A stretch of DNA of 64,000 nt. It comes from Laetmonice hystrix (taxonomy: Eukaryota). The translations under genes were made by a program, and so were the position numbers. The notes under the pieces are model-generated. The model searched no databases. It was not told the DNA's origin and was given only the letters and a program-made list of their open reading frames with translations. Of the stretch, positions 54,009 to 64,000 are shown in pieces (the stretch's first letter is position 1; each line of letters begins with the position of its first letter). The stretch is from NCBI GenBank assembly GCA_965235115.1, contig OZ249446.1, forward strand, positions 21,018,001-21,082,000. Direction: 5' to 3'.

Positions 54009-55808
54009 TTCTGTCTATTAAAGAGGCATATTTTCTGGTATAGTGCTCCCTCACTTGAGAAGAGTGTATGCTTATTCTTTTTTATTAGGTCCGAATTGGT
54101 GAATGTTGCCAGTGCCGTGTACTTATGTCATTTTGTATGATTTGTTGGGGGGTTTTATTTTCTCAGGTTTGTATGATTTGTTGGTGTGGCCGAGGTTGAG
54201 GAATACACTTCAGCATTTGCGAAGTTAGCAAACGTTGTGGGGAAATAATTATTGATGGATAAATCGTTTAAAATGTGTTTCCGTGGGCTGTTGATATGCC
54301 ATCATCTGCTCCTCCTTATCAAGAACATTGGCAAACACAACAAACGTGATCTAAAAAAAGGAAAAAGAAAAGAAAAAAAAGAACATTGGTATTTTCAATA
54401 GTGACTCCCATGACAATATCCCTGAACAATTACCGTAAATTGTAAAATAAAAGAAGATAATAGGTTCATAAGTGGTTTATAAATGAAAACAACTTGTATG
54501 CGCCACTGCAAGTCGCCTCAGACCTCAGACCAATACCACTATTCCAATTCGTAGGTTACGTTAGGTTCAGTTCACATACTCGATTCCACCTTGTAATCCA
54601 AGGCGTCTGATTAGTTTTAATTCACTATTAGTCAGGAGCTCTGTTAGGACCCCCCCCCCCCCGACATGGTACGGTCTGTCCCCCCTTAATTATTCCTCAA
54701 ACGATATGGCGCCCAAGCCCGGACTGCTTAAAGTCCTGAAATATTGAAATCAGGCGCGGCTTACTAATGGAGTTAGTGGTAATCGTACCTGGGATGTGTT
54801 AGGTACGTTCTCCTTCAATTTCAGGTGGTTATGCTATATAATCGATTTGAGATGAAAGCCCTGGGTACGGATTTTACAGGTGTTCAGAAATAAGTGTGTC
54901 ACTATTATATGTGCGAGTTTTTGAAATAATTATTTTTCACCGAAAAATAGTATAACATTGATGATTTCTTCAGCAAGGTATTTCCTCGCGAATTATGGCC
55001 ATTTCAGTGACTGTGCCATTGCCACCTTATGTAATTCAGACCATGTCAACCTTATCGGGACAGTGCGCATCAGATCCATTACGACCACTGATACCCTTCC
55101 AGCCGTGCCTCACGTGTTTCTAATTTCCTGGCAGTCTCCAAAAGTCTCTGCAGATTGCAATTACACCGTGCCATCCGTCGATAAGGTGTAGCTCCACCTG
55201 TTTGTACCACATGGGCCACCGTAGTTTCCGGCCTTGATTCCAGGCGAAAGATCGAAACAGGACGTGACCTAAGCCCAAGGCGGTAATGGATTGGGTCTGT
55301 CACATTTAGAAGGTGAAAACTACCTATTAGCTAATATTTCCCACCGGGTTTAGAATTGCATGTGTGTAGCTATATAGGCAGCGCCGGGGGGGGGGGCACA
55401 AGTCACAAATGGTGGGTTCCGTTGTCAAATGACGGCGAATTCCGGTTCCGGCTTTCACCGACCAGTATGTTTTAGTTTCTAATTGAGAAGCGTCCATTAA
55501 TAGGACGCCAGCACTGTCACCAGGAGGGACACGAACAACAAGTATTTTGTGATCACAACTCGAACCGAACGCCTGGCTATAATTAGGTTGCATTAGCCTC
55601 AGATCTAAATAGGATGATGATTACATCACTGATCAAATCAGTGGCGCTAATAGCAATTAGTGGCGCGCGAACCATACAGGGTGGATTCTCCTGGGAATGT
55701 TTGATCAATGTAAAGGCGCACAGAGTGTTAATCAGTGGGACTGTTGAAGTGGTATTCTTTGCCCACAAATATGAAAATAACATTTCGATGAGGGTAACAG
55801 TTACTATA

Positions 55809-56025
55809 CAGGGTGTCCGAAAAAAAAACGTACCAATACCAAGAAATCTCTGCCTGCCACTTAGAGGCTGACTTTGCTGAGTAAGTCATGGTATAATTCA
55901 TGAAAGGATGGGCCAATCGTGATGAAATGACTGCCAATAATCTTGGAAAAAGATTTCTTATAGCATGTATGATTCTCACAATGGGAAACGCACGGCAAAT
56001 CAATAGGTTTTTTTCAGACCCCCTG
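55809..56025. mobile_element. Tc1/mariner-type MITE, TA TSD
   Basis: TA|CAGGGTGTCCGAAAAAAAA ... TTTTTTTCAGACCCCCTG|TA; 217 bp. Confidence 0.82.
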
Positions 56026-56297
56026 TATACAGAGATCTAATAAGTGATCATATAACAATAAATGTTCCAGTGCCACAATGCCTTTACATTTTTACAGAAT
56101 ACAGGCATCCGGACATGTATGAATAAAAGTAAAAGATAATGGTAAAGACATTTTCTTTCAGACCCCCTGTATACAGAGATCTAATAAGTGATCATATAAC
56201 AATAAATGTTCCAGTGCCACAATGCCTTAACATTTTTACAGAATACAGGCATCCGGACATGTATGAATAAAAGTACAAGATAATGGTAAAGACATAT
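56012..56297. repeat. 144-bp tandem duplication that includes the MITE right end
   Basis: TTTCAGACCCCCTGTATACAGAGATCTAATAAG...GGTAAAGACAT occurs twice with period 144. Confidence 0.92.
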
Positions 56298-57255
56298 TTT
56301 TGTTACCCCTCGTATCAATTCCAGGAGAATACCGTACCCTGATGTGATATTCGAATGGTATGGAAGCTGTCCGATAAAATCAGATTCCTTTATGTATTCT
56401 GCCGCTCTGAAATCATTAAAAAAATCCATTACGTATAGAAATATAAAATATTCAGGAATCACATTACACAATTCCTATCCGCTCACAACCTGATTATACT
56501 TCCTAGGCTGCCGCTGCGTTCTCAAAATTAAAATGCAACTTGTGTATGTTTCATTTTATGCGATTAAAATGTCTTATTCTATTTCAAGGTGCACATGACA
56601 GAAATTTACGTCGTAGAATGAAACTTGAGCGAGCTCTGTATATTTCCCATACGAGCTGCACAGAAGATAGTATTTTCACTTTCTATGTCATTATTGTCAA
56701 TATAATTCGATCTCATCGAAGGAGAAATAGAGTTTCCTGCCTTATCAAGCTTGAAGGGAACATCATTAAGTGTTATCGGGTGTCAATAAAGATACTGCTA
56801 TCTCGTCTTATCAGATCTCATTCGCCGTTTTCTCCTGTCAAGTCGGGACAGTCAACCGGGTGTCAGGGTTTTTTGTGTACTTAGCTCAGAGAGAACATTA
56901 TAGCTTTTCTAATCAAGGCTTAACTTCCGCACGTTTCTAGATTACAAAATGTCAAATGTCAGAAAATTCTGATCAATTATTCGAACCCTACACAACTCAC
57001 CACACGTGGATAGATTTTAATATAATATAGGAAAGTAATAAAAAGTGGGGGATGAAGTGTCCTGAAAATAGCTCCCCTAGGATTTTGTTCTGAGATTTTC
57101 CCCCTTATCGGGTGGATTTAGGGTTAAAATATCGCAAAATTATTTTCCGATCCTCGAGGGGGGGCTGCCCCCCCCCCCCCCCTGACTGATCCTGTGCCTA
57201 TCATCGCTGAACCAATTTTCACTATCTGAGGCTCGTAGAGGCACTTTTAAAGCAA

Positions 57256-57322
57256 CCGGAAGTGGTTATCAGTGACTTCCGCTTACAATCGACGTCAAAG
57301 TCGTAGTCATGGTCAGGGGCGG
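57256..57322 (+). promoter_or_regulatory. probable proximal promoter of the EF-hand gene
   Basis: CCGGAAGT 57256-57263 and inverted ACTTCCG 57275-57281 (ETS-like pair), GACGTCA 57291-57297, GC box GGGGCGG 57316-57322, all just upstream of the first predicted exon. Confidence 0.5.
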
Positions 57323-57414
57323 AACGGGGAACGAGATGATAGGCTAGCTCAATTCTTAGATGCATAGTCATACCAACTTAAATGAGATGGTTCCCTAATT
57401 CTTTTGACATTTAA

Positions 57415-57489
57415 ATGATGCTTGGCAAAGATGTGGCCATATTTGTTCCTGTCTCCGCTAGAATCAGACGTTTACACACGTCGGAAAAG
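57415..57489 (+). CDS. predicted first exon (3' part) of the EF-hand gene; 5' UTR or an optional N-terminal extension MMLGKDVAIFVPVSARIRRLHTSEK
   Basis: Donor AAG|GTAATA at 57489/57490; 79-nt intron ending in a long T tract plus CAG at 57568; phase 0, in frame with the next exon; in-frame TAA immediately before ATG 57415. Confidence 0.4.
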
Positions 57490-57568
57490 GTAATACATAA
57501 AAAAACAATACAACTATACGATGTCTGCATATTTAATGAGCCTTTTTTTCTGTTTTTTTTTTTTTCAG

Positions 57569-57624
57569 TTTGGACGACGAAGGAGAGGACTGTGTACAGA
57601 GGGTGGGACACTCCTCAAGATGGC
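57569..57624 (+). CDS. small exon of the EF-hand gene carrying the likely main start codon (ATG 57620, M-A)
   Basis: Strong acceptor (T)nCAG|; AAGATGGC|GTGAGT gives a strong Kozak context and a canonical donor; the phase-2 end matches the phase-2 start of exon 59834, giving MASKEFITF... Confidence 0.72.
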
Positions 57625-59833
57625 GTGAGTGTGCACTGTATATATTACCATGGAAACGACTCTTTAAGTCAGGTCATTTACAAGTTCCTGTCGCTGGTGG
57701 TCTTTTTCGATGAATACACTTGTGAATTTAGTATGCTACTTTTACGTTTACGGGTTACAGTCTACTTGCACAAGGGAAATTTGTGGAATAACTTGATGGG
57801 GAAAATGGGCCATCATAAATAATTTGAGATTGAAACAAACCCGTATAATTTTCAAGAATAATCCCAAAATATGCTATTGAACCGCTGGGAATCTTCGAAT
57901 TAATTCATACCTCTCATATTATAACAGTACCTATACCACATGCTATCAATAAAAACAAGCTGGCTATAATTAGATGGCTGTAACCTGTGTCGAGACCCCA
58001 TGTGTTTTACCGGTGGCTAAGTAGGCTGCGGTTTACGGTTTGCTGTTGCTATTTCAAATGTCCTTATGTACGTGTATACATGGCATGGCAACAAGACTGA
58101 TGGTTGGGTACGTTTCCACATCTTTTAGTCATCCTCGGGGGAGTTTGGATTTATCACCCTAGCGTCTGTTCTATTCCTGTATGGCGTGCTTCAAAGCATT
58201 CTTTCGACCTGTTGAGGCGATTTGTGGAGTTTTAATTAGATAATGCCATTGTTGAGGTCTTTCATTACATCTTCCATGTTCATAAATTCTGCCCCATATG
58301 TACAGGAGCTAGGGGCGTGATGAGATTAGGTGGTTATTTCACAGACTCGGGGTATTTCGGAACTCTATGCTATAATTACAGATCCAATCATGCTATTCCC
58401 ATTTATAACATAAAACGAGTACTAAAACATTGCTTTGTATTCCTTTGAGGGAAATGGAGACACCAAGACACTTATTTTTTGTCTAGCCATAAGTTTTCAG
58501 TAACGTCCTTGCAATTGAGAACGTCTGAGTTCTTGCAACAACCATGTTCAAAAATATATGACAGTAAAATTTTATTTTACAAAATACTTTCACAATACAT
58601 GGGTGTTGCTAATTACGATTGGTGCGAAGATGCTGTGGTGGCATGCTTGTTGGCATGCCTGTGGAAATTAGTTAATGAATATTTACAGCCTCATTAACAA
58701 TTCTATTATGACGTAATGGTTGCAGTGCCTCTAACAATCTTCACTGAAAATAATTGGTAGTTGGGAGAACCTATAAAACCATTCACGTTACTAATTATGG
58801 CATTCAGTTTCAGGCAGATGAGTAAATTAGCGGAGGAACGTAATCGGTTGTGACGCCCATTCATGGGTCTTTGTTTCTGCGTGAACTGCGTTCCATAATG
58901 ACCATAATTCAGGGCGGATTTTGAAGAGTTTAACGTAGCATGCAGATGGGCGATAATGGACGATTAAAACGGACACACACTATTATCACCGGCCAAGTTC
59001 GAATTCGTACCGAATTCCTGTACCAGAATCAATGATTCACCGTCCTATATTGACAATTGACATTTTGGCAGAATGCCAAGGGTAGTACTTGGGTAGAAAT
59101 TTGGCGCCTTTTCCAGCAAAAGCCCCGCATGCCCACTGGCAAACAGTATAATAGACACATCGCGTTTCTCTACGGCTAACCCTCAATGGAACGGCCTTGG
59201 CAAGAAGGCACTCATTTGACCTTACCCAATAGGCCTATAGAGTCGAATAGATAGCGGCTCGGTCCCTGTAGTGGTAATGTACATCCTCTAGGTTGGCCCC
59301 AGACTATAGAAAGGGACAGGGACATGCAGATGTAATATATTCACGTAATGATATGAGACAAGTAACATTTATCATTGTTGTAATACTATGTCTCTAGGCC
59401 TCTAACCCAATCGCACGACAATATCAGCAAGGAAGAGCGATACATCTCCCAAACGTAAAGAAAAAATAGAAATATGTGAGAGAATAAAAGTGATTAGCAC
59501 CCCGTTGCCCTGTCCAGGATACCACCCCCGCCCCAACATGCCCCCTTCATCCTAGCCTCCCTATATCAACTAGATGCTCGAACGCCCCCCCCCCCCCTTC
59601 TAACCGTAAGTAGGTGATGCCATACCGGAAGGAGGTTAAGATTGATTAAAATTGAAAATAAATGACTTGTTCAAGGAAACAACTCAAAGCAAGAATGCAC
59701 AGGCTATGGAATGAACTTAAGCGGAAACGAAAAGGTATCGTTACTGGTGTTACGTAAAACTTATAAACTGCTCAGGACATTTTACATACTGGGATGTCGT
59801 AATGCCTTCAGTAAAACCATCGTTTCGTTCCAG

Positions 59834-59998
59834 GTCAAAGGAATTCATAACATTTGCTGAAGCAATGCAGTTTCTGCAGAAGGAACTGAAATATCCCGAG
59901 GAGCGGGCCATGCGGTTTGTGAAGAAGTTCGACAAGAACAGAGACGGTAGGCTCTCGCTGGCCGAGTTCCGCCAGTTCAAGAAGAAGATAGAAGAAAC
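59834..59998 (+). CDS. EF-hand calcium-binding (calmodulin-superfamily) protein, internal coding exon
   Basis: TTTCGTTCCAG|G...AC|GTAAGT, 165 nt, phase 2-2; SKEFITFAEAMQFLQKELKYPEERAMRFVKKFDKNRDGRLSLAEFRQFKKKIEE with a canonical 12-residue loop DKNRDGRLSLAE (59931-59966); later exons not found in the window. Confidence 0.9.
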
Positions 59999-60299
59999 GT
60001 AAGTAAGAAAAACACAAAGATTCAAAAACACCTTTAAGCTATAATTCCGTACTATGTAAGCATAATAGGGCCACTAACAAAACGGATTTTTTTGCAAGCA
60101 ACCCTATATATCATTCGCCCGTTCCTTAGAGGGGGGAATACTGTGTATATTGCCTTGCTAGAAGCCTTGCGGGGGGACGGGGAGGTTGCATGTTTGACAC
60201 CACTTACATGTGACTTATGGGTTTGGCACCCACTCCCAGACCGTTCGGTGCCAGACCTGTCATGTGTAAATGATGTTCGGGGGTCGTAGACCTGGTAAG

Positions 60300-60477
60300 N
60301 NNNNNNNNNNNNNNNNNNNNNNNNNNNNNNNNNNNNNNNNNNNNNNNNNNNNNNNNNNNNNNNNNNNNNNNNNNNNNNNNNNNNNNNNNNNNNNNNNNNN
60401 NNNNNNNNNNNNNNNNNNNNNNNNNNNNNNNNNNNNNNNNNNNNNNNNNNNNNNNNNNNNNNNNNNNNNNNNNNNNN
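60300..60477. other. assembly gap (N run)
   Basis: Run of N, followed by a GA-rich microsatellite to ~60578. Confidence 1.
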
Positions 60478-62875
60478 AGAGAAACACAAAGAGAGAGAGA
60501 CAGACAGAGAGAAACAGAGAGAGAGAGGGACAGAGGGAGACAGAGGGAGAGAGCAGAGAGAGATAGACAGACAGAGAGCTGAACAAACCTGGCATGCATG
60601 TTGACGTGTCTTTATATAATCTCGTTGACAGAGAAAGAAGTACTGTATGTATAGTTGATACAGTTGTTCCTCGAAATTTCCAGAGCTCCTAACTTTTGAA
60701 CTTCAGATTTCAGAATTTAATCGACAGGGGTTAAGCAATGTGTGGCGGTGCGACATGATGGTACGAAAACAAAGGGAATTGCCCAGTGATTACAAACCAC
60801 ATTCTACAAATAAGTGTTGTTCAAATTTACTAGACCCAGGACATTATACTGTTGTTCTGTGTATGCCAGTAACATAGGGGCCATAATTTAGTTATACTCA
60901 GCAAACTGTACTGAGGTGGCTTTACTCTTACAATCATTCATGGTATTCATGCATGAAATTGGAGGTGGGAGGGGGACAACAGATTTGCGGAAAAATTAGA
61001 GGGGAAGGCCAAAAAGTGGACAAAAAATACATGACAAAAAGTAAAAAAAGAGGAAAGTTTTTGCCTAATTCGGAACGGTTGGGAGGTCTGCATTACCATA
61101 TTCACCGCATAACATAGTTTCAAAATTCACCGCAGTGTTTCGCTGGAGCAGTTACAAAAGGCGCATGACATTACAATAACGATTATTCTATCTGAATTTC
61201 CAAGGATTAACAAAAGAATAATTTCACGAACGGTAGTTGGTGTATGTAAAGAACATTCCCCAGGAATTCACCACGACGATAACAATAATTCCCGGAACCT
61301 GGGAGAACATGTTTTCGGAGAACATGATAATATCGGAAGCAACCATTGGCCGGAAGGTATTTTTCCTCATAGCTGCATCGATCCGCTTTCCCAGCAGTAC
61401 AGCGTGTTCCAAAGTTATGGTCCGTTGGGTAGAATATCAGTTCTATTGTAACTTTCCTTTCCGACGCTTTTTATTTAAGGACATATTTATAGTTATCACT
61501 CTGTAGAACCAATCAATGAAGGTAGAAGTGGTCACCTAACTAACCAATACATTTGAGGAAAATCTTCTCATCCGGGCTATGCGTCCACGCTTTCGGGACA
61601 CCCTGTGCGCGCATTGTCCGATGATGTATAGGCCAGACAGAGGCACTGTTAGTGTAAAGGAATATTCAAGGACAGTCCAAATATTGATGTTCTTGGTCTT
61701 CCCTGAGATTTGCTGAGTGTTCAGACCACTGCCACTTCGGATAGACTCGTTTACTGATCGCTGTCTGCCTGTCTCCACAAAAAAACTTCCCACTTCATGA
61801 CTTCCGTCAGTCTACCAACTATACAGCGCTGCGTAATTTTTGTGTCGATATATCTGTGGATATTATGAAGAGAAGGGCCAGGCCCTGTGCTAGCCCCGGG
61901 GAAGGTGGAAACATTAAATCTTTCCATGTAGAAGCCAGATACCTGGTTTATTTTCCCGGAAGGGCTCTTCTGAGATCTGAAGATCAATAGCGATAGGTCG
62001 ACAGGTCGCAAGTCCGCAGGGACAATGAGAAACTCGCAGTCTACAGACGATATTCTGTATAGGCCTATATGTATTCCATGCGTCTGCTTTGGATTTGGCA
62101 AGGAACTCACGTCATGGAGTCTGCGCCTAATATCAGCCAAGGAAGAAACTAACATTGTGAAAGCTTCCAGACATAAGAACAAATATAATTCGTCCAAACA
62201 TTGGAAAAATAACACGTCGTGATTTTTGACGTCCATTTCATTTTTCACTTTGTACAGCTGGTAACTAACTATTGGGACGAGAATATCAAGGCATTGTTCT
62301 TACCAAAATACACTATCTTCTGTTTTCCACTCAAGTTTGCGCGTTACACTTTCGCTTAAACGTCATGTTCCTCCCTTTTATAAGCGTATCATTCCATTAA
62401 TCTTGTGTACATATTGGCATTCCGTCGAAAGCAATTATTTGAGGAGTCATGGTTTGTGGTCCGTACCGTTGTTTTCGACTAATTTAACATTTTCTTGTGA
62501 AATATTCCGTTAGGCTTTCTGTGTTTCATCCTCTCGTTTGTCTATATTCTTATGCCTGAGAAATCAATACATAATACTAGCATTGTTTACCCGCCCTGAC
62601 GAAACCCTGCCCCTTCACGGCTCTCGTTTGAATGTTGGAAGCGGCCCCCGCACGGAAGAACGTCATGCCGAACAAAGCGATTTGCGTAAAATGAAATCTG
62701 AATAAACCATAGGCGAATGTTACAGCCCCCAAAGGGACATACATTACCTACATAAAATACACCGCCCCTGCATAAGACATAGAGAAGTATCAATTGCCCC
62801 AGTGTTCATAAATAATTCCCACACTTAACAGTGATCATAAATCGTCAACCGGAACCGGATATTACTATCACAGCA

Positions 62876-62890
62876 CCGCCATCTGGTGGC
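62876..62890 (-). promoter_or_regulatory. CTCF-like motif
   Basis: Reverse complement GCCACCAGATGGCGG followed by TGCTG. Confidence 0.45.
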
Positions 62891-63195
62891 AGACCATGTA
62901 GACTATGAGGCCAATTGTGTGATCCGAACTCCTGCCTGGCGATCCGTTCTGTCTTCCCACCAATCAATCGCCGGCCATCGAATGGTTCCTATTGTGACAT
63001 CTCCTCAGTATCTGACAACGTATAATGACGGGAAGCCACAGACGGTTGTCAGACAAAAGGATCTGCTGTGTTGTACGACGAGAGTGGGGAGCACTGGTTG
63101 TTTGTTGAGGTGAACGATTGTCCAGTCAGATGGAAGGATGAGGGGGGGGGGGTGTCCGTCATGGCCGAACGACAGCGGGAAATGACAGCATGGAA

Positions 63196-63323
63196 GATCA
63201 GTGGGGTCCAGGTGGATGATAATAGGGCACCCACGATCACGTGACGTCAGTATTAGCCTGATCAGTGGGGGCCAGGTGGAGCGTCATAGGGCACCCGCGA
63301 TCACGTGACATCAGTATTAGGCT
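63196..63323. repeat. 64-bp tandem duplication, each copy with an E-box/CRE-like composite
   Basis: GATCAGTGGGG..CCAGGTGGA..ATAGGGCACCC.CGATCACGTGAC(G/A)TCAGTATTAG at 63196 and 63260. Confidence 0.8.
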
Positions 63324-63364
63324 CAGAGGAACGGAGTGAGTTCAGGCCGGCGGAGGGTGGGGGA

Positions 63365-63378
63365 GCTCCATCTAGCGG
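63365..63378 (-). promoter_or_regulatory. CTCF-like motif
   Basis: Reverse complement CCGCTAGATGGAGC. Confidence 0.35.
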
Positions 63379-63582
63379 GCGTTGAACGCAATTAGAGATA
63401 ATGACCGGAAGGGTTAAGGCGGAGTCGTGTAAACGTCACTACGTCCAGGCCAAAACAAATAACCAGAGACCCGCGCTGTCCCACACAATGTCTAAGAAGA
63501 AATACATGACAAAAAAAACCTTGCATTTGGTTCGATCGATCAGCATTACTTGTCAAGATGGATACCTTGCAATATGGCGTAT

Positions 63583-63847
63583 CAGGGCTGGCTCCAAGGG
63601 CGGGGGGGGTGCAACCCCCCTTAGAAATAATTAAAAAAAAAAAGAAACAAAAAAGAAACAAAAAGGGGACAAAAAGGAAAACAAAGGTGTCAAATGTTCA
63701 TCCTCTAGCCCAGGAACCACAGTGTCAATCTAGAACCCAAAGCGATAGGTAGCCTAACCTTATAATAATATTAATTTCGGACTAGACGACTACAACCCCC
63801 CCCCCCCCTCCCCCCCCCCTTGAAAAAAAATCCTGGATCCGGCCCTG
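63583..63847. mobile_element. MITE with 5-bp TSD (CGTAT) and CAGGG..CCCTG termini
   Basis: CGTAT|CAGGGCTGGCTCCA ... TGGATCCGGCCCTG|CGTAT; 265 bp; subterminal CAACCCCCC..TT(A/G)GAAA-like direct repeats. Confidence 0.78.
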
Positions 63848-64000
63848 CGTATCGAATAAAATGTTTGGACAGGACGAACGGGGTATGTATGTAAGTGTAG
63901 AATCCGCAGGTATGAATCAGAAATGGTATGATCGAAAGTTGTATAGACTTGCAGCATATTTTGAAGCAAAGTTCACCTCTGAGGGAAAACACATGTTACG

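Overview
Repeat-rich, gene-poor genomic window from an invertebrate animal (inferred from spliceosomal introns, GA/GACA microsatellites, abundant MITEs and little CpG depletion). It has three assembly gaps. Almost all entries in the ORF track are artefacts of repeats or chance. The only well-supported gene is the 5' part of a + strand EF-hand calcium-binding protein near the right end: coding exon 59834-59998 with a canonical DKNRDGRLSLAE loop, spliced from a small exon 57569-57624 (ATG at 57620) and probably from a further exon ending at 57489. Its downstream exons were not found. The preceding ~57 kb holds at least six tandem arrays of 21-67 bp units, many non-autonomous DNA transposons (TTAA/Kolobok-type, TTA/PIF-Harbinger-type, TA/Tc1-mariner-type and a 5-bp-TSD family), a decayed Tc1-like transposase and several CTCF-like motifs. 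The most interesting observations are a possible in-frame Arg-rich N-terminal extension of the EF-hand protein, a nested satellite/transposon/minisatellite structure, and the mostly co-oriented CTCF-like motifs. I see no strong evidence for a new multi-gene system.
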